A DNA stretch of 49,528 bases from Nemertoderma westbladi. Taxonomy: Eukaryota; Animalia; Xenacoelomorpha. Position numbers and translations under genes: made by a program. The notes beneath the pieces are model-generated. The model was not told the origin of the DNA. It saw nothing but the letters and a program-made list of their open reading frames with translations, and did no database searches. Where the stretch lies: contig JAUCBJ010005618.1 in assembly GCA_032718475.1 (NCBI GenBank), positions 1-49,528 of the forward strand, given 5' to 3'. Below, one piece after another: positions 47,721 to 49,528 of the stretch; position 1 is the first letter of the stretch, and each line of letters begins with the position of its first letter.

Positions 47721-49528
47721 CTGGAAAGCGCATGCGGGATGATATGCATGCCCGGTTGAGGGGGCTTATGCAATATATCAGGCCAAACAGAAGCGCCGAC
47801 TAGATCTGGCGCAGTTGGGACTATCAGAGAGTGAGGCTGGCTCGGGTAGTATTTACGAGGAGCCAGTGGTTATGGAAACGTTTGTTAATACCCCACTTAC
47901 AGGGACCGGACGACAGACCCAAGACTGGTGTAACCGTACGGGCGGGGGGGGGTTATAACAATACGTTAGAAGACGTTAATATTAATGGTACCGTAGTAGA
48001 CAACCCTAATCAAACTTTCATTCCAGGAAATAATATTTTGCCCGGTAACAATAATTTAAATCCGAACTATCCTTAATTTAAACGCATATAATAGTCCAAA
48101 TAATTCAAATAAATAATCTAAACCCGAATATAGGAAATAATTCAAATATACAAAGTAATTCGAATAATTTAACTTTAAATATGCAGAGTAATCTAAATAA
48201 TAATTTTAATTCAAACGAGCAAAATATTCCCGATTCCAACCCAAATAATACAGAATCAATTTAAATAATAATCCGAATTCAGTGCAGAATAACTCCAATA
48301 ATTTAAATAATTTAGAACAACAATGTTGATAATGGTGCTATTAATATAAACACGGCAGATGTAGGTGGCCCGGCCAGCGAGAGCCTGCCAGGCCACATAA
48401 TCAGTACGCACGGGGGCAGCGGGGGTGAGAGACCCCGACGGGAGCCGGGAAGGCCACGTGGTTAATACGCAGGGAGTAGCGGGGGTGAGTCGACCCGACG
48501 GGAGCCTGCCAGGCCACGCAGTGATAGAGGGAGAGGCGGGGGTGAATAGACCCAGCCGCAGCAGAGATAGTGCGTCGACTAGAGAGGGGCGTAGAGGCGA
48601 AGCGAGAGATAGTGAAGCGATAGGTGGCGAGTGCGGGGGGGGGGGGGGGGGGGGGCTACAGGCGCCCCACAACGAGAGATTAGCGGTGAGAGGGGGGGGG
48701 GGGGGCAGAGAGTGTCCCACAGGCGTCGGCGGACAATGCGCGGGGCGAATTAGGTGAACCGCAGCACCCGGCGACGGAGAATAGTAGGGGGATTACGAGT
48801 ATCCCCAGCGGCGTGCGACCGGCTAGAGACAGGGAGGTTGGCGTTGCGAGCGGGCGAGCGATGAGACGTCGAGCCCTGTCAGAAGAGGGAAGAAGCACAG
48901 TGGAGTTTTAACCGGGAGGTCGACGAGAGATCTCACGAGCGGGGACGCTACACTGATGAGAGAAGAAGAGAAGAGAGTGGAAGAGGTGTCGCTGCGAGCG
49001 ACCGGAGAGCGAGGATGGATAGCGAGCCGTCGGTGGTGGAGATGGGGTTGGAGAGTCGGTGGGGTCGAACTCCGGGGGATTGCCGTCGCCCTGGAGAGAC
49101 GCAACCTGGCGAGGTGTACTATACGCCGAGAGAGGGGTACAGGGCGTACCGGTACGAGGACGAGAATAGGAGAGGGGATCGAAGAGAAACTTCCCGACGG
49201 GATACAGCTGCCGATCGAGGGTACGGTAGCCGTCGCGGGGAGGACTTCTTGGATTATTCGAGAAGGTTAAACTTCGGTCCGGAGGGACACATACAGACTG
49301 CAGGACATACTGTAGGCCTTACTGCACATACTATAGGCCATGCTGGGAGAGATAATGTAGGTGATAGGGTAGCACGGATGACGGGATTAGATCCGTAAGT
49401 CGCGGAGTACATACCAGTAGGTAGGCCAGAAGTGGGTAGGCCTATACCGGTACCAGCACAACAGTATGATTATAACATGCAGGGACATAACATATATCCA
49501 GGGGAAGGGAGAGTTATTGCGGATAGGT
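45548..49528 (+). mobile_element. 5' part of a probable LTR retrotransposon (candidate LTR plus decayed gag-like ORF), continuing past the window
   Basis: Abrupt composition shift starting at TG, then a long GC-rich frameshifted ORF from ATG 46162 with an E/R coiled coil, an N-rich tract and ~60-nt repeats (about 48380-48560). No pol motif, second LTR or clear PBS in the window. Confidence 0.5.
46925..47215 (-). mobile_element. Young 5'-truncated RTE copy with 7-bp TSD
   Basis: Almost identical to 12053-12320 in reverse (QPNG versus QPHG), (tag)n tail, TSD catcctc at 46918-46924 and 47216-47222. Confidence 0.93.

Noticed and set aside
47171-47733. Hydrophobic minus-strand ORFs
   Set aside because: Antisense shadows of the purine-rich E/R coiled-coil region.

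Overview
This is animal (invertebrate-type) nuclear DNA, not prokaryotic: it has spliceosomal GT-AG introns, AT-rich spacers and very dense transposable elements. Host genes: (1) two tandem minus-strand gustatory-receptor-like (7tm_7/GRL) genes, each only partly in the window. GRL-A has exons 1-2 at 23192-23890 and 9136-9290, separated by a 13.9-kb TE-filled intron. GRL-B has its last three exons at 45228-45468, 44494-44652 and 41883-41948. (2) Between them on the plus strand, an intact intronless type II membrane fibrinogen-related protein (30317-31204) with an ITIM-like motif in its cytoplasmic tail. Everything else is mobile DNA: a decayed BEL/Pao retrotransposon with an extra downstream ORF, two related LTRs, a P-element relic split by an AcademX element that itself contains an RTE, a SINE and a solo LTR, two CRE-clade relics, several RTE copies (one family very young), a near-intact CR1/L2-group LINE, piggyBac- and Mutator/foldback-type non-autonomous elements, a Helitron/Helentron-like element with a 315-bp tandem array, SINEs, and the 5' part of a probable LTR element. 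There is no CRISPR array, rRNA or genuine tRNA. All family assignments come from motif recognition by eye; no database searches were run.
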